Source: a virus
Reading direction: 5' to 3' (one strand)
Length of the DNA stretch: 64,000 nt
Virus record (IMG/VR): IMGVR_UViG_3300031918_000005
Coordinates: 64,001-128,000 of that record
The translations under genes and the position numbers were made by a program. Below, one piece after another: positions 10,003 through 20,035 of this stretch; the stretch's first letter is position 1, and each line of letters starts with the position of its first letter. The notes under the pieces were generated by a model, which made no database searches, was not told the DNA's origin, and saw nothing but the letters and a program-made list of their open reading frames with translations.

Positions 10003-10476
10003 TCAACTCAAATTATAAAGCTTCATTATTCTGTCTTCATACCATTTTCCAGCAGTAGGATTATGTAGTCTTATGGCTTTGTGAATATCCTTAGTTGGAT
10101 TTCTATGGCTTTGAAGTATATTAAACATTTCTATACATTTTTTTCTATCATATCTATCAGACAATTTATATCTTTCAGGGTTTTTGTACAATCGGTTTAT
10201 TCTGTTTACTTCTTTTATGTATATTGGTGTTATTTGCATACACCCAACACAACCACCATAATTGATAGCACTGTCGTTATTGGCTGATTCAACCATTATT
10301 ATTGATTCTATCAATTTCTTCCAATTTTTCTCGGAAGAAGTTGATTTTTCTGATGATTTAAAAATAAGCTTGGGTTTGATGATAATTTTATAAGATTCAT
10401 GATATTTCAAAAACACAAAAGGAACTGCTGTAATTATTATGCAAAAAACAATAAGTTTAATTTTTTCATTTTTCAT
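10003..10476 (-). CDS. Membrane-anchored lytic transglycosylase (SLT-like)
   Basis: N-terminal TM; IIMVES catalytic Glu; GCMQI; AIRLHN. Confidence 0.75.
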   Translation of the reverse strand: MKNEKIKLIVFCIIITAVPFVFLKYHESYKIIIKPKLIFKSSEKSTSSEKNWKKLIESIIMVESANNDSAINYGGCVGCMQITPIYIKEVNRINRLYKNPERYKLSDRYDRKKCIEMFNILQSHRNPTKDIHKAIRLHNPTAGKWYEDRIMKLYNLS

Positions 10477-10498
10477 TTTAAAAATTTTAGTTAGACAT

Positions 10499-10536
10499 AT
10501 CTTGTGGGCTGTGTTGACTTACACAGCCCACAAGAT
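10499..10536 (-). terminator. Terminator after thyA
   Basis: atcttgtgggctgtgt / acacagcccacaagat stem. Confidence 0.7.
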
Positions 10537-10556
10537 TTAATAATCTCTTTTTTGAC

Positions 10557-11732
10557 TTATTTTAGACCAGTCGATAATTTTCCTTTTATTGCTTCTTGAG
10601 GATTATAGCCTTCAAGAGCGAATGAATCTACTTCTATATTATTTATAAATTCCGATATAGTCATATTTTCATTTCTGAATTGTTCAATATCGTTGTGGAA
10701 CTTATCTTTGAATAGAAGTTTAGGTAATTTTGTTGGTGTACGTTTCAATTGCTCATCGGTTTGTTCATCGTGGTTTTCGTAAATGTGAACATCGCCAAAA
10801 GTATGAACAAGTTCACCCGAAATCATATTACACATTTGAGCTACGATTTCAATCAGCAACGAATAACTGGTTAAATTGTACGGAACGCCCAAGAATGAAT
10901 CTGCAGAACGTTGATAAAGTTGGCAATCAAGATAATATTGAGGAGTTCTTTTACTCAAAGCTTCTTCAGTGATTGCCAAATTTTCCATTTCAATATCTCT
11001 GTTTTTCATCACCCATTGGACTTTTTCACCCATAGTTAATGGTCTGCAGTTAAACTGGAACATGGCATGACACCAATAAAGTGCTAAATTTGTGTCATGT
11101 GCAGGGTCAATTGCTGTAACAATATGTCTTCTAGATTCAGGATTTTTAATTAGACCTTCTATAAGATTTTTTATTTGGTCAATATTATTAAAATATATAG
11201 CATTACCATTGTTACCAATAAAATTTTCCCAATCACGCCATACTTTACCATATTGGTGACCACAATCACCAAGTATATAATTTTTGTATTTCGGCAAATC
11301 TTCTTTTGGTGTTTTTTTCATCATATCACAAAATTCCTCAAATTGGAGCATTGAATATCCATCAGCTTCAAAAATGGGGTGAGCGTTCCTTACTCCCATT
11401 TTTGATGATATAGGAAGTAAAATGGAGTTCACTTCTTCGTTGTTTACACAAGCTATTTTACAATAATAATTGTATGCATCTTCATTCCATATATTCAAAC
11501 CGTTTTCGATAAGATATTTGATATTTGTATCACCTCTCAAGAACCACAAAAGTTCAATAACAATGTTTTTGAAAGAAACTTTCTTTGTTGTTAAAATTGG
11601 GAATCCATCGGCTAAATTGTGTCGGAATTGATAACCAAACAAACTGGTAGACGATGGCATATTAGCTCTTGCAGCTGGTTTGTAACATCCATAATTTTTA
11701 ATTCTCGTAAGTAAATCCAAATATTGTTTCAT
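10557..11732 (-). CDS. thyA: Thymidylate synthase
   Basis: FPILTTKK, ELLWFLRG, NPESRRHIV, WCHAMFQF, YQRSADSFLGVPYN, GDVHIYENH. Confidence 0.95.
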   Translation of the reverse strand: MKQYLDLLTRIKNYGCYKPAARANMPSSTSLFGYQFRHNLADGFPILTTKKVSFKNIVIELLWFLRGDTNIKYLIENGLNIWNEDAYNYYCKIACVNNEEVNSILLPISSKMGVRNAHPIFEADGYSMLQFEEFCDMMKKTPKEDLPKYKNYILGDCGHQYGKVWRDWENFIGNNGNAIYFNNIDQIKNLIEGLIKNPESRRHIVTAIDPAHDTNLALYWCHAMFQFNCRPLTMGEKVQWVMKNRDIEMENLAITEEALSKRTPQYYLDCQLYQRSADSFLGVPYNLTSYSLLIEIVAQMCNMISGELVHTFGDVHIYENHDEQTDEQLKRTPTKLPKLLFKDKFHNDIEQFRNENMTISEFINNIEVDSFALEGYNPQEAIKGKLSTGLK

Positions 11733-11748
11733 GTTGATGTGGAATTTA

Positions 11749-12657
11749 TTATAAAATTTTTTCGTTGATTAATATTATTTTTACTTTTTCAATAAGTTCT
11801 TCTATAGTACCATCATTATCAATAATATAATCAAACTTATCATAATCATCTAAATCAGTTTCAGATACATGTTCATTTGGTTTAATTAACCAATTTTTAT
11901 CAACATAAGATTTTAAAGGATATTCTCCTGTATCTTTATATACAACTTTATATAACTCTGATAAAGTAAATATACCATCACAATAACTATATAAATTTTT
12001 ATTACGATTAACTCTAATATTGATTCCACCTTTAGCTTTAACAGATTCTACTTCATTAAGAAATCTAACATCGGTAATAATCCAATTTGGAAAATTGTTA
12101 ACATAATATGTATCTTGACCTATTGGTCTTTGTATAGGATTATTTTTATATTTTGAAAAAAGCGATATAATCCATAAATTAGGATGTATTATGTTTCTAC
12201 CAGCTTCAGTACCAAGAAGTTGAAGTAATTTACGAGGTGTAAGAATTTCAGATTCTATATTAAGAACATTTATGATTTCATGTTTTTTGATATATTTTTC
12301 AACTTCTTGTTTAGTCGAAAAAATTCCTTCATTTAGTTGACAATTGCCTTCAAATAAATTGTGGTCATTATCAGGTATTAATTTCCAAATTGTCCAATCT
12401 TCACCAAGTTCAGTATTTTTAAAATCTTCATCTTCAAGTTGATCTCTTGTACAATTTATTAAAATACATATCATATATTTAAGAGCATCAGCAAATTTAT
12501 GTATTTCCCAACTAGAATGATTAATACGGTTTATATCATTTTTTATGAGTTGTACAAATTCTTCTTCTGAATGTATTTTAATAGTAAGTAAATATTGTAT
12601 AATAGTACCAACTAAATCTTTACCGCTTTGTTTTTTACCGCTTACACCTATTATCAT
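11749..12657 (-). CDS. Deoxynucleoside monophosphate kinase (T4 gp1-like)
   Basis: IIGVSGKKQSGKD, FADALK, TPRKLLQLLGTE.GR, IITDVRF.NE, HVSE. Confidence 0.9.
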   Translation of the reverse strand: MIIGVSGKKQSGKDLVGTIIQYLLTIKIHSEEEFVQLIKNDINRINHSSWEIHKFADALKYMICILINCTRDQLEDEDFKNTELGEDWTIWKLIPDNDHNLFEGNCQLNEGIFSTKQEVEKYIKKHEIINVLNIESEILTPRKLLQLLGTEAGRNIIHPNLWIISLFSKYKNNPIQRPIGQDTYYVNNFPNWIITDVRFLNEVESVKAKGGINIRVNRNKNLYSYCDGIFTLSELYKVVYKDTGEYPLKSYVDKNWLIKPNEHVSETDLDDYDKFDYIIDNDGTIEELIEKVKIILINEKIL

Positions 12658-12662
12658 AATTT

Positions 12663-13157
12663 TTATTTTGTTATTATATATTCAGGGTTATTATATGCAT
12701 CACCAATTTTTGTAAGGCGTGAATCTATTGAGAAATCGCTTATACTTGCTTCTTCAAACAGCCAATCAAATTTTTTATCTTTAGTGATATCATCATTTTT
12801 AACAATGTGATAATATTTTGCAGGTATTAGATAAAATGCCGATAATTGTTTAATCCACATAACAACACCAAATGCTTCTACACCTTCACCAAAATTTTGT
12901 GTATAATCAATATATCTGATCACATCACCTTCAAAAACATCAGGTATTAGATTTGATATCAATATATCTGATATCATACCAGTATGTTGACCCAATGTTT
13001 CAGGAATAACTTCAATAACCTGAAAACCACCGATAGTTGTTTTTAATTGTGAATATATATAACATTTACCAAAACAATCTTCAACTAAATATCCATAAAT
13101 CCACTTTGATTTATATCTTCCATCTTTCGGTGCACCTCTGTAATATCTTCTATTCAT
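12663..13157 (-). CDS. YopX-family protein
   Basis: WIYGYL, PETLGQHTG, VFEGDVI, IGDAYNNPE. Confidence 0.8.
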   Translation of the reverse strand: MNRRYYRGAPKDGRYKSKWIYGYLVEDCFGKCYIYSQLKTTIGGFQVIEVIPETLGQHTGMISDILISNLIPDVFEGDVIRYIDYTQNFGEGVEAFGVVMWIKQLSAFYLIPAKYYHIVKNDDITKDKKFDWLFEEASISDFSIDSRLTKIGDAYNNPEYIITK

Positions 13158-13158
13158 A

Positions 13159-13380
13159 TTAGTTCAAATTGATAAATCCTCTCGGAAAATATTGAATTTT
13201 ATTACCTATTTCGTTTGCTGTATAAGTTGTGGCGAATTTATCACCAAACCATTCAAAGGCTAATTCTCTCATCTTTGAATAAGATTCAGCTTTTATTACA
13301 CCAATACAGTTATTATCAAGAATGTTTCCATTGTGTTTATGCACATGGTCTTGTCCGAAAGTTATATAAAATTTTTCCAT
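13159..13380 (-). CDS. Hypothetical protein
   Basis: 73 aa, KFYITFGQDH, coupled to neighbours. Confidence 0.6.
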   Translation of the reverse strand: MEKFYITFGQDHVHKHNGNILDNNCIGVIKAESYSKMRELAFEWFGDKFATTYTANEIGNKIQYFPRGFINLN

Positions 13381-15299
13381 TATATTTTAAGTTTTTGTTG
13401 AATCATCCTTACTGCTTTTTTATCATCTTGAGTGATTGGTCGTTTCCAAATGTTTTTAAACTTCCACCAATCTATAGATTCAGAAATTAATTCATCGATT
13501 TCTTTTTCAGTCATTTTTGGATATTTTTTCATTACCATACCCTTTAGCATCAATTTGAAATCAGATTCTTTTGTTTGTTCCTCAAGCAGATGTTTCTTAA
13601 GATTTCTTAAGACTGGAAGGATACCAAGATAATTTTTCCGCTCAAATCTTGAATTTAGATAATAATCAATATCTTCAATACACATCCTATCATAATTTAG
13701 ATATGTACTTTTTTGATAATCAATAGCCCAAGTAATTCTAACTTTTCTTTCATGAGAACCACTCCATGACCAAACTGATTCATCTGGCATGTACCGTATA
13801 ACTGGAACTGTTATATCTTCTTGCTTACCATCTTTATACATTGATGTTTTTATTTCATCAACAATATACAATCCATCTTGTGGGGGTGATGGGCAAGAAT
13901 ACCTACTTTTATAATACGGAACAAACCCCTCACTAATATGTCCATATCTTCTATAATTATAATTTTCGCTATCGTTAAAACTATTTCTACCATATGATGG
14001 CACTAAAACAATTCTACTACCACGGCCAACATTTTGATTAACTTCTTCTACCCATTTGCTATAACTTCTTTTACCATCCATAAGTGATGGTTCAGCATCG
14101 TATATTAAATTAAGACCACCGTTTTCTATATCAGTAACCTTAATACCAGCCATTATTGGAGCAAAAACTTCAGTTCTATCAAGAAGTCCTTGAATGAATA
14201 AGAACATCTTCATATATTTGTCGTTAAATGCTTCCATTTTTGCATCAATAACCTTTTCATTATGTTTTTCAAACGTGGAAAGATTTTCTGCATCCATCAA
14301 TTTTGCAAGTTCATCCTTTTTCGGATACATTGTTTCACCAACACCAATATTTGGGGAACAAATGCGATAAATATTGTCACCGTTTCTAATCATGAAATAA
14401 GTTTCATGATTCCATTGGTTCGCAATTGAATTTTCTGTAGGATTATCGGAATAATGTTTATCAATTCTTCTTGGTTTTAGAGCAACAATACCTCTTTTTT
14501 CAGGTAGTAATCTTTTATAATTATCGTTACTTATCAACCAGTTATCAAATTTATCAAGTTGTTTGAAATCAATACCACCATCATCACAATTACCAAGTTC
14601 TTCATCGGCATAAATTACAAGTTGTCTAAGTGATAATGGTTCATCTTTATCGGCTGGTTCGCCACTGGTGAGTTGGAAAAGTTCTTCTTCAATACCTAAA
14701 TAAAGTTCAATCAGTCCAATAACCTTCATGATTTTCTTCATTTCTTTTTGAAATATAGAAATTTGCTCTTCCATTTTACGCCTTACCAAATCAAGCTTTG
14801 ATTTTTGCTCGTTAATCATAAGTTGTGTCATGTTTCTCAATATCTCAAGATTTCGTGTTTTTAAATCGATATCGGAATGCATAACTTCGAGCATAGCTTT
14901 ATTAGTCTTGTACATAAGACCAAATTCATTTTCATTTTCATGAACTTCTATTTCAAAAGGTTTACCTTCATATAAATATTCTCTTGCTTTTCTCTTATAT
15001 TCCTCAAAGTCAGGAACATATTTGTGAGAATATGTTTTGATAAAAGCATTTATTTCTTCATGATCCCAATCATGCGATGACTGCTCCAATGTGTAAAAAT
15101 CAACACATCGTGTATGTACACAAATGTAATCACCTTTTTCATGCTGAACTTCTTCTATTTTGGATATTACAATCAATCTATCATTAGCACCTTCAATGAA
15201 TAAATCACCAACTTTAATATTTTCTTTAGTTGCTATAAGCTTTTTATATTCTTCGCTTTTAACAACTTCTTGTTCATTATTTTTTTGAATTGAACTCAT
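13380..15299 (-). CDS. Large hypothetical protein with coiled coil
   Basis: 639 aa; first gene behind a sigma54-type promoter. Confidence 0.7.
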   Translation of the reverse strand: MSSIQKNNEQEVVKSEEYKKLIATKENIKVGDLFIEGANDRLIVISKIEEVQHEKGDYICVHTRCVDFYTLEQSSHDWDHEEINAFIKTYSHKYVPDFEEYKRKAREYLYEGKPFEIEVHENENEFGLMYKTNKAMLEVMHSDIDLKTRNLEILRNMTQLMINEQKSKLDLVRRKMEEQISIFQKEMKKIMKVIGLIELYLGIEEELFQLTSGEPADKDEPLSLRQLVIYADEELGNCDDGGIDFKQLDKFDNWLISNDNYKRLLPEKRGIVALKPRRIDKHYSDNPTENSIANQWNHETYFMIRNGDNIYRICSPNIGVGETMYPKKDELAKLMDAENLSTFEKHNEKVIDAKMEAFNDKYMKMFLFIQGLLDRTEVFAPIMAGIKVTDIENGGLNLIYDAEPSLMDGKRSYSKWVEEVNQNVGRGSRIVLVPSYGRNSFNDSENYNYRRYGHISEGFVPYYKSRYSCPSPPQDGLYIVDEIKTSMYKDGKQEDITVPVIRYMPDESVWSWSGSHERKVRITWAIDYQKSTYLNYDRMCIEDIDYYLNSRFERKNYLGILPVLRNLKKHLLEEQTKESDFKLMLKGMVMKKYPKMTEKEIDELISESIDWWKFKNIWKRPITQDDKKAVRMIQQKLKI

Positions 15300-15330
15300 A
15301 ATTTCTATTTTTAAATTATAATGAAGTTTT

Positions 15331-15347
15331 CACAAAAATCATGCCAA
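15331..15347 (-). promoter_or_regulatory. sigma54-type -24/-12 promoter
   Basis: TTGGCATGATTTTTGTG, ~32 bp upstream of the ATG at 15299. Confidence 0.6.
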
Positions 15348-15378
15348 ACCTCATTATTATATATGTCATGTCAAAATG

Positions 15379-15666
15379 TTATGGAATAAATTCCCATTTA
15401 ACAACATCATCAAATTCAAAATGTTTTCTACCACCCTTTTTGAAAGAAGATGTTCTCCCATATTCAATCCAAGCAGTACCACACATTTGTGTATCCAAAT
15501 ACGCTCTATGTGTAGAACCATCTTGTAAAGTTACTTTACAAGGACATATTTCAGGTGGTAATTTCGGAAAGTCTTCTCTTTTGTTTGTTAATAACCAAAT
15601 GTTAATAACTTTATTGTGGAAACTCAAGTTATCATTTCTTAAGAAATTGTATATTCTTTCTAGCAT
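15379..15666 (-). CDS. Hypothetical protein
   Basis: 95 aa in a minus-strand gene run. Confidence 0.55.
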   Translation of the reverse strand: MLERIYNFLRNDNLSFHNKVINIWLLTNKREDFPKLPPEICPCKVTLQDGSTHRAYLDTQMCGTAWIEYGRTSSFKKGGRKHFEFDDVVKWEFIP

Positions 15667-15670
15667 GATG

Positions 15671-16012
15671 TTATCTTTCTAACACACCCATTAATTTAAG
15701 TATATTATTACCAAATTCCTTAATAACTATACCAATAAGATCACAAGGTTTGTATTGATTATCATTTTCTTCAACAAATATCAACCATTCATAACCGTGT
15801 TGTTCTGAATAATCTTTGTTGATTTCTTTGATTGTTTGTATGCCAAATGGTGTCAAAATTTTATCACCAACTTTATACAAATATCGTTTACTTTGGTCTT
15901 CTATTTCTTCAAAAGTCAAATCTTCTATAGGTGTGTTTGGATTTTTACATATAATAACTCTTTGTTTATCTTCACTTACTGAAATGAAAAAATCTTTGCC
16001 GAATGTGTTCAT
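15671..16012 (-). CDS. Hypothetical protein
   Basis: 113 aa; YKVGDKI SH3/KOW-like strand. Confidence 0.55.
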   Translation of the reverse strand: MNTFGKDFFISVSEDKQRVIICKNPNTPIEDLTFEEIEDQSKRYLYKVGDKILTPFGIQTIKEINKDYSEQHGYEWLIFVEENDNQYKPCDLIGIVIKEFGNNILKLMGVLER

Positions 16013-16389
16013 GGTTTTCTCTTGTTAAGTTGCTTAACTATAAATTCAGTAAATATATCTTGTACTTTCATTGCAGTTTCTTCATTCAAATTATAACCAC
16101 CAACACCAGTAAGTCTTCCCCAACCTCTTATAAGTAAAAACTTCTTATCGTTACAATAAACACATCCATTTTCATGTCTAAAAGTTAAATCTTGACTTTT
16201 AATTATTTTTTCACCATTAATTACTTCTAAGGCATTTTTTTGATTTTTATCCTTTTCTATAAGGAACTGAAAAACAAAATTTTCTTTAGAATCATATATT
16301 CTACCTGAAAACCAACCTTCTTCTGAAACATATCCATCTTTGAGTGGTAATTCATAAATATCTTTCCAGTCATTAATAACTTTTGTCAT
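16009..16389 (-). CDS. Hypothetical protein
   Basis: Start reassigned to MTKVIND; contains IRGWGRLTGVGG. Confidence 0.6.
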   Translation of the reverse strand: MTKVINDWKDIYELPLKDGYVSEEGWFSGRIYDSKENFVFQFLIEKDKNQKNALEVINGEKIIKSQDLTFRHENGCVYCNDKKFLLIRGWGRLTGVGGYNLNEETAMKVQDIFTEFIVKQLNKRKP

Positions 16390-16397
16390 AATTGGTG

Positions 16398-16682
16398 TTA
16401 TTTTATTGGTGTGTTTTCTGTTGGTTCTATAAAATCTTCTCCCATAATAGACCAATCACATATTGCTCTAACATATTCTTTCGAAAACTTGTGATAACGA
16501 TTGTGTGCATCACACGATCTTTGACAATCTTCTCTTGATTCAAATGGTGAATATAGAGGACTTTCAATATATCCACCATCAATAACATTAACACCATACC
16601 ATAAACCACCGATATTAACTGGATATTTAACACAATAGCTTTTATTTCTTTCCACTAAAGGATAATTATTTGGATTTTTCAT
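16398..16682 (-). CDS. Hypothetical protein
   Basis: Start reassigned to MKNPNN, preceded by aaatagaattATG like the other early genes. Confidence 0.6.
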   Translation of the reverse strand: MKNPNNYPLVERNKSYCVKYPVNIGGLWYGVNVIDGGYIESPLYSPFESREDCQRSCDAHNRYHKFSKEYVRAICDWSIMGEDFIEPTENTPIK

Positions 16683-16732
16683 AATTCTATTTTTTGATTT
16701 TGATTTTTTTGTTGTTTTAATACCCACGACTA

Positions 16733-16776
16733 TATCAGAATACAAGGAAAATATATCATCTGTAGTCGGGGAAGTA
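16733..16776 (-). repeat. Dispersed ~42-bp element, copy 2
   Basis: tacttccccgactacagatgatatattttccttgtattctgata, inside a longer hairpin 16719-16778. Confidence 0.7.
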
Positions 16777-16784
16777 TTTCTTAA

Positions 16785-17819
16785 TTATTTCGTACCATCT
16801 TCCATTGCCTCCATAAGCTTTTGAAGCTTTGAAAGATTATCACCTTCAAGACCGAAAGATTTCATATCGGGTCTACCTTGTTTTTCCATTCTTTTTCTTT
16901 CGGAATACTGCTCATTAGTTTCTTTAGGTTGACCAAAATTTTCAGTAAAATTATTGATTGCCGATTGTTTACCAACCTCAAATTTAAGAAGTCTTTCTCC
17001 ATCTTCCAAAAGATAATATTTTAAGGCATAAAAACCCGCAATTGATAACGTTTTATCAGAATTGAAAGATGAGAAACCAATTCTTTGTATTCTGTATTCT
17101 TCAGGCATTTCAAAGAAAGCCTTATTTCTTTCATCAACATCTTCTTGTGTAAGTTCTTGAAGATGTTCTTTAATTGTGAATGAAATGGGTGTAACTTCAA
17201 CAAGCTTTTTGGATAAAGGCATTATACCAGCTATAGGTTTACCAGTTATACAGCATATCATACCATCATCAAGTACTTTAAGCAAATGATTGAGTGTCAA
17301 CGGATTCCAATTTATTGCAATATGATAAAGAAATTTAAGACCTTTTTCAGTTTTTTCCATATTTTTGATAACATGGAAAGCGTAATTTACTTCTTCAGGT
17401 AATGGGTCACCAAATACAGATTGCTCTCTAGAATAAATCACCTTTATTTCTTCTTTTGGTAATTCTTGAGCTTTCTTTTTAACCACAAATTTTGGTTTCT
17501 CAAAATTTTTGATTTTATCTTTAACAAAAAAATTTGTTACGGCTTTATCAGAACCAATAGCTTTATCAACACCGACAACAACAAATCTTGGTTTTTTGGA
17601 TTTGTTAATGCTTGTAAGGCCTATTCTATCAACCACTTTAACAGATTTATTGTCAGGGTGTGATTTTATTTCTTCTTCTGTCATTGGAACGACTTCATAG
17701 CCAATATTACCATCAGGTTGTTTGGATATAAAATCTAAACATTCTTGTTGTGTTCCATCGAAACAATCTTGACCTTCTTCTTGTGTCATGGTCATGTCAA
17801 GTACTTTATAAGTTTTCAT
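16785..17819 (-). CDS. Hypothetical protein
   Basis: 344 aa; CCITG motif. Confidence 0.65.
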   Translation of the reverse strand: MKTYKVLDMTMTQEEGQDCFDGTQQECLDFISKQPDGNIGYEVVPMTEEEIKSHPDNKSVKVVDRIGLTSINKSKKPRFVVVGVDKAIGSDKAVTNFFVKDKIKNFEKPKFVVKKKAQELPKEEIKVIYSREQSVFGDPLPEEVNYAFHVIKNMEKTEKGLKFLYHIAINWNPLTLNHLLKVLDDGMICCITGKPIAGIMPLSKKLVEVTPISFTIKEHLQELTQEDVDERNKAFFEMPEEYRIQRIGFSSFNSDKTLSIAGFYALKYYLLEDGERLLKFEVGKQSAINNFTENFGQPKETNEQYSERKRMEKQGRPDMKSFGLEGDNLSKLQKLMEAMEDGTK

Positions 17820-17874
17820 TGTAGTTAAATTTTATAAGTTAAATTATTTTATATTTTAATAATATATTTAGTTG

Positions 17875-18282
17875 CTATCTTACAGCAACCAATTTTACAT
17901 TATATTCGGATTCATCAAAAACATTAAACCAAATATTGAATAAATCTGTAAAATTAGTTCCACCATTAAAGGCTTCATATGAATAGTTAACACAAATCCA
18001 AACAGAAATATATTCACCTTCTGTACCTTCTGAAAGTTCTGATTTTGGTTTTTTATTAACACCCGAACCGAAAGCACTAACTGTAAGTTTTTTAAACATT
18101 ACTGGAGTTGTTTGGAATTCAGCCGTTTCAAACTTAATGTAATGACTGTAATTGTTATGACTTAAGGTTTCTTCTATTTTGATAATAGGAGCTGTTATAC
18201 CTCTTTTCAACAAATTTAGTTGAATTTCTTCTTTGATAGCGTTTAAGTTATCAGACGATAAAAACAATTCTTGATTTTTCAT
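17875..18282 (-). CDS. Hypothetical protein
   Basis: 135 aa; first gene behind a sigma54-type promoter. Confidence 0.65.
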   Translation of the reverse strand: MKNQELFLSSDNLNAIKEEIQLNLLKRGITAPIIKIEETLSHNNYSHYIKFETAEFQTTPVMFKKLTVSAFGSGVNKKPKSELSEGTEGEYISVWICVNYSYEAFNGGTNFTDLFNIWFNVFDESEYNVKLVAVR

Positions 18283-18317
18283 AATTTCTATTTTTTAAAT
18301 TATTGTTACTAAAATTT

Positions 18318-18334
18318 TACAAAAATCGTGCCAA
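18318..18334 (-). promoter_or_regulatory. sigma54-type -24/-12 promoter
   Basis: TTGGCACGATTTTTGTA. Confidence 0.65.
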
Positions 18335-18378
18335 AATTTGTTACCAATATGTCAGTTCAAAAATTTTAACACTTTTTA

Positions 18379-18408
18379 ACACAACATGACAATTTTGTCA
18401 TGTTGTGT
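18379..18408. promoter_or_regulatory. Palindrome (terminator of upstream gene and/or activator site)
   Basis: acacaacatgacaa-tt-ttgtcatgttgtgt; contains TGACA/TGTCA half-sites. Confidence 0.5.
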
Positions 18409-18439
18409 ATTGATATAATATCATGTCATTTTGTCAGTA

Positions 18440-19948
18440 TTACATTGACTTAGAGAAATCAATGATTTGATTACCGAACCCATTGATATGACCTTTTTCT
18501 TCAATTTTACCGTTTTCATCATAAATGATGTAAGAATAACATCCATCACCATTATATATTCTTTTTTCTTCAATTTTATTAGATTCGCTGTAATCACACC
18601 ATTCACCAAATTTTTCACCATTGATGAATTCGCCTTTTTGTTTTATTTTTTTGTTTTCGTAATATTCGGTATATTTACCATAAAGTTTACCCTCACACCA
18701 GCTTTGTTTTTTCTTTATATTACCATTCTCGAAGTACAAGATGTTTTCACCATGTCTTTGTCTATTTTGAATTTCGCAGCTTTCTTTAAGGCATCCGTAA
18801 GTATTCTGATAATAAAATCTAATAATACCATCTTCTTTTTCTTTATTGATTATTTGTTCTGTTTCAACTTCGTGAGAAATTACAGAAACAACAAATCTAT
18901 TTGCTCTAGATACTATTGATTTAACAGCACCTGATGTATTATAACCGTATTTCTTGTAAAGTTGATTATGGGTGAAATTATTGAAGAAGAAATCCAAAAG
19001 GATTTCAGGAGTTTTTGATAATTCATAAAGTTCTTTTGCTCTGCTTAATTTTTGTCTTGGTATAGCTTCAAGATTTTCAAATTCGTAAGATTCGATTTTT
19101 GTTGATTCGAAGTTTTTGATACTGCCAACATCATTGATATTTCTAAGATAAGTATCAAAAATTTCATCAACTTCCAATTTTGATTCAGAAATCATATCAG
19201 TAAGGTCACCATCACTCATACTTTTATTACTGGAATGAGTTATGATACTGGAAATGTTAATAATTTTACCCTTATTGATTTTATTATATTCCATCATTGC
19301 TGTATGTCTTACACACATCAAAACATATCCAGCATTAGGTTCTTGTGCTTTAAACCATCTTTCGGCACTTTCGACTGCTTTACCTTCGGCATCGTATAAC
19401 ACATCTTGAGAAGTAAGTTTTTCTAATTCAATTTTATAAATTTCTGAATCAGATTTACCTTTGTAAGCTTCTTGCTCAAAATAAAGATTTGATAATTTTT
19501 CATCGAAATCACTGATTTTTAATCTCAATGTTTCAATTTCTTTCTTCAACAAATCTCTTTCATCTTTGTTGAAAGACTTATCTTTTTTCTCAATCTTCTT
19601 TTTGAGTTCGGTTTTCATATCGTACAATTCAGCATTACCATATTTTTTACGGTTTCTGAAGTAATCGAACTGATTACAAACCACTCTATCTGCTGTATCT
19701 CTATCTTTAACCACAGAATACGCTATCGAATAACATTGATCATAATATTCCGACCAAAATTTAGCCCAAACATAATTATGTTTAGTACCAGTCAAAAACA
19801 ATCTACCAAAAGCTTGTGTATCAATCCAATTTTGTAATGTAAATTTTTTACGATAAGTTTCATGTAGTGTTTTGTAATTTTCTGTTTCGAAGTCAATAGC
19901 TACTTTTACTCTGATGTCTAAGATGTAATTTCCAGTTTTGTGTGTCAT
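18440..19948 (-). CDS. ECF-like sigma factor fused to C-terminal MORN-variant repeats
   Basis: Region 2-like YYDQCYSIAYSVVKDRDTADRVV and GYVLMCVRHTAMMEY; region 4 HTH FTHNQLYKKYGYNTSGAVKSIVSRA; MORN-like HGENILYFENG, YGKYTEYYEN, GEWCDY. Confidence 0.65.
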   Translation of the reverse strand: MTHKTGNYILDIRVKVAIDFETENYKTLHETYRKKFTLQNWIDTQAFGRLFLTGTKHNYVWAKFWSEYYDQCYSIAYSVVKDRDTADRVVCNQFDYFRNRKKYGNAELYDMKTELKKKIEKKDKSFNKDERDLLKKEIETLRLKISDFDEKLSNLYFEQEAYKGKSDSEIYKIELEKLTSQDVLYDAEGKAVESAERWFKAQEPNAGYVLMCVRHTAMMEYNKINKGKIINISSIITHSSNKSMSDGDLTDMISESKLEVDEIFDTYLRNINDVGSIKNFESTKIESYEFENLEAIPRQKLSRAKELYELSKTPEILLDFFFNNFTHNQLYKKYGYNTSGAVKSIVSRANRFVVSVISHEVETEQIINKEKEDGIIRFYYQNTYGCLKESCEIQNRQRHGENILYFENGNIKKKQSWCEGKLYGKYTEYYENKKIKQKGEFINGEKFGEWCDYSESNKIEEKRIYNGDGCYSYIIYDENGKIEEKGHINGFGNQIIDFSKSM

Positions 19949-19985
19949 AATTCTATTTTTTAAATTATTATTGTTATTAATTTCC

Positions 19986-20002
19986 TACAAAAATCGTGCC
20001 AA
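19986..20002 (-). promoter_or_regulatory. sigma54-type -24/-12 promoter
   Basis: TTGGCACGATTTTTGTA, identical to the 18318 copy. Confidence 0.65.
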
Positions 20003-20035
20003 AATTTGTTATTATTATGTCAATTCAAAAGTTTC

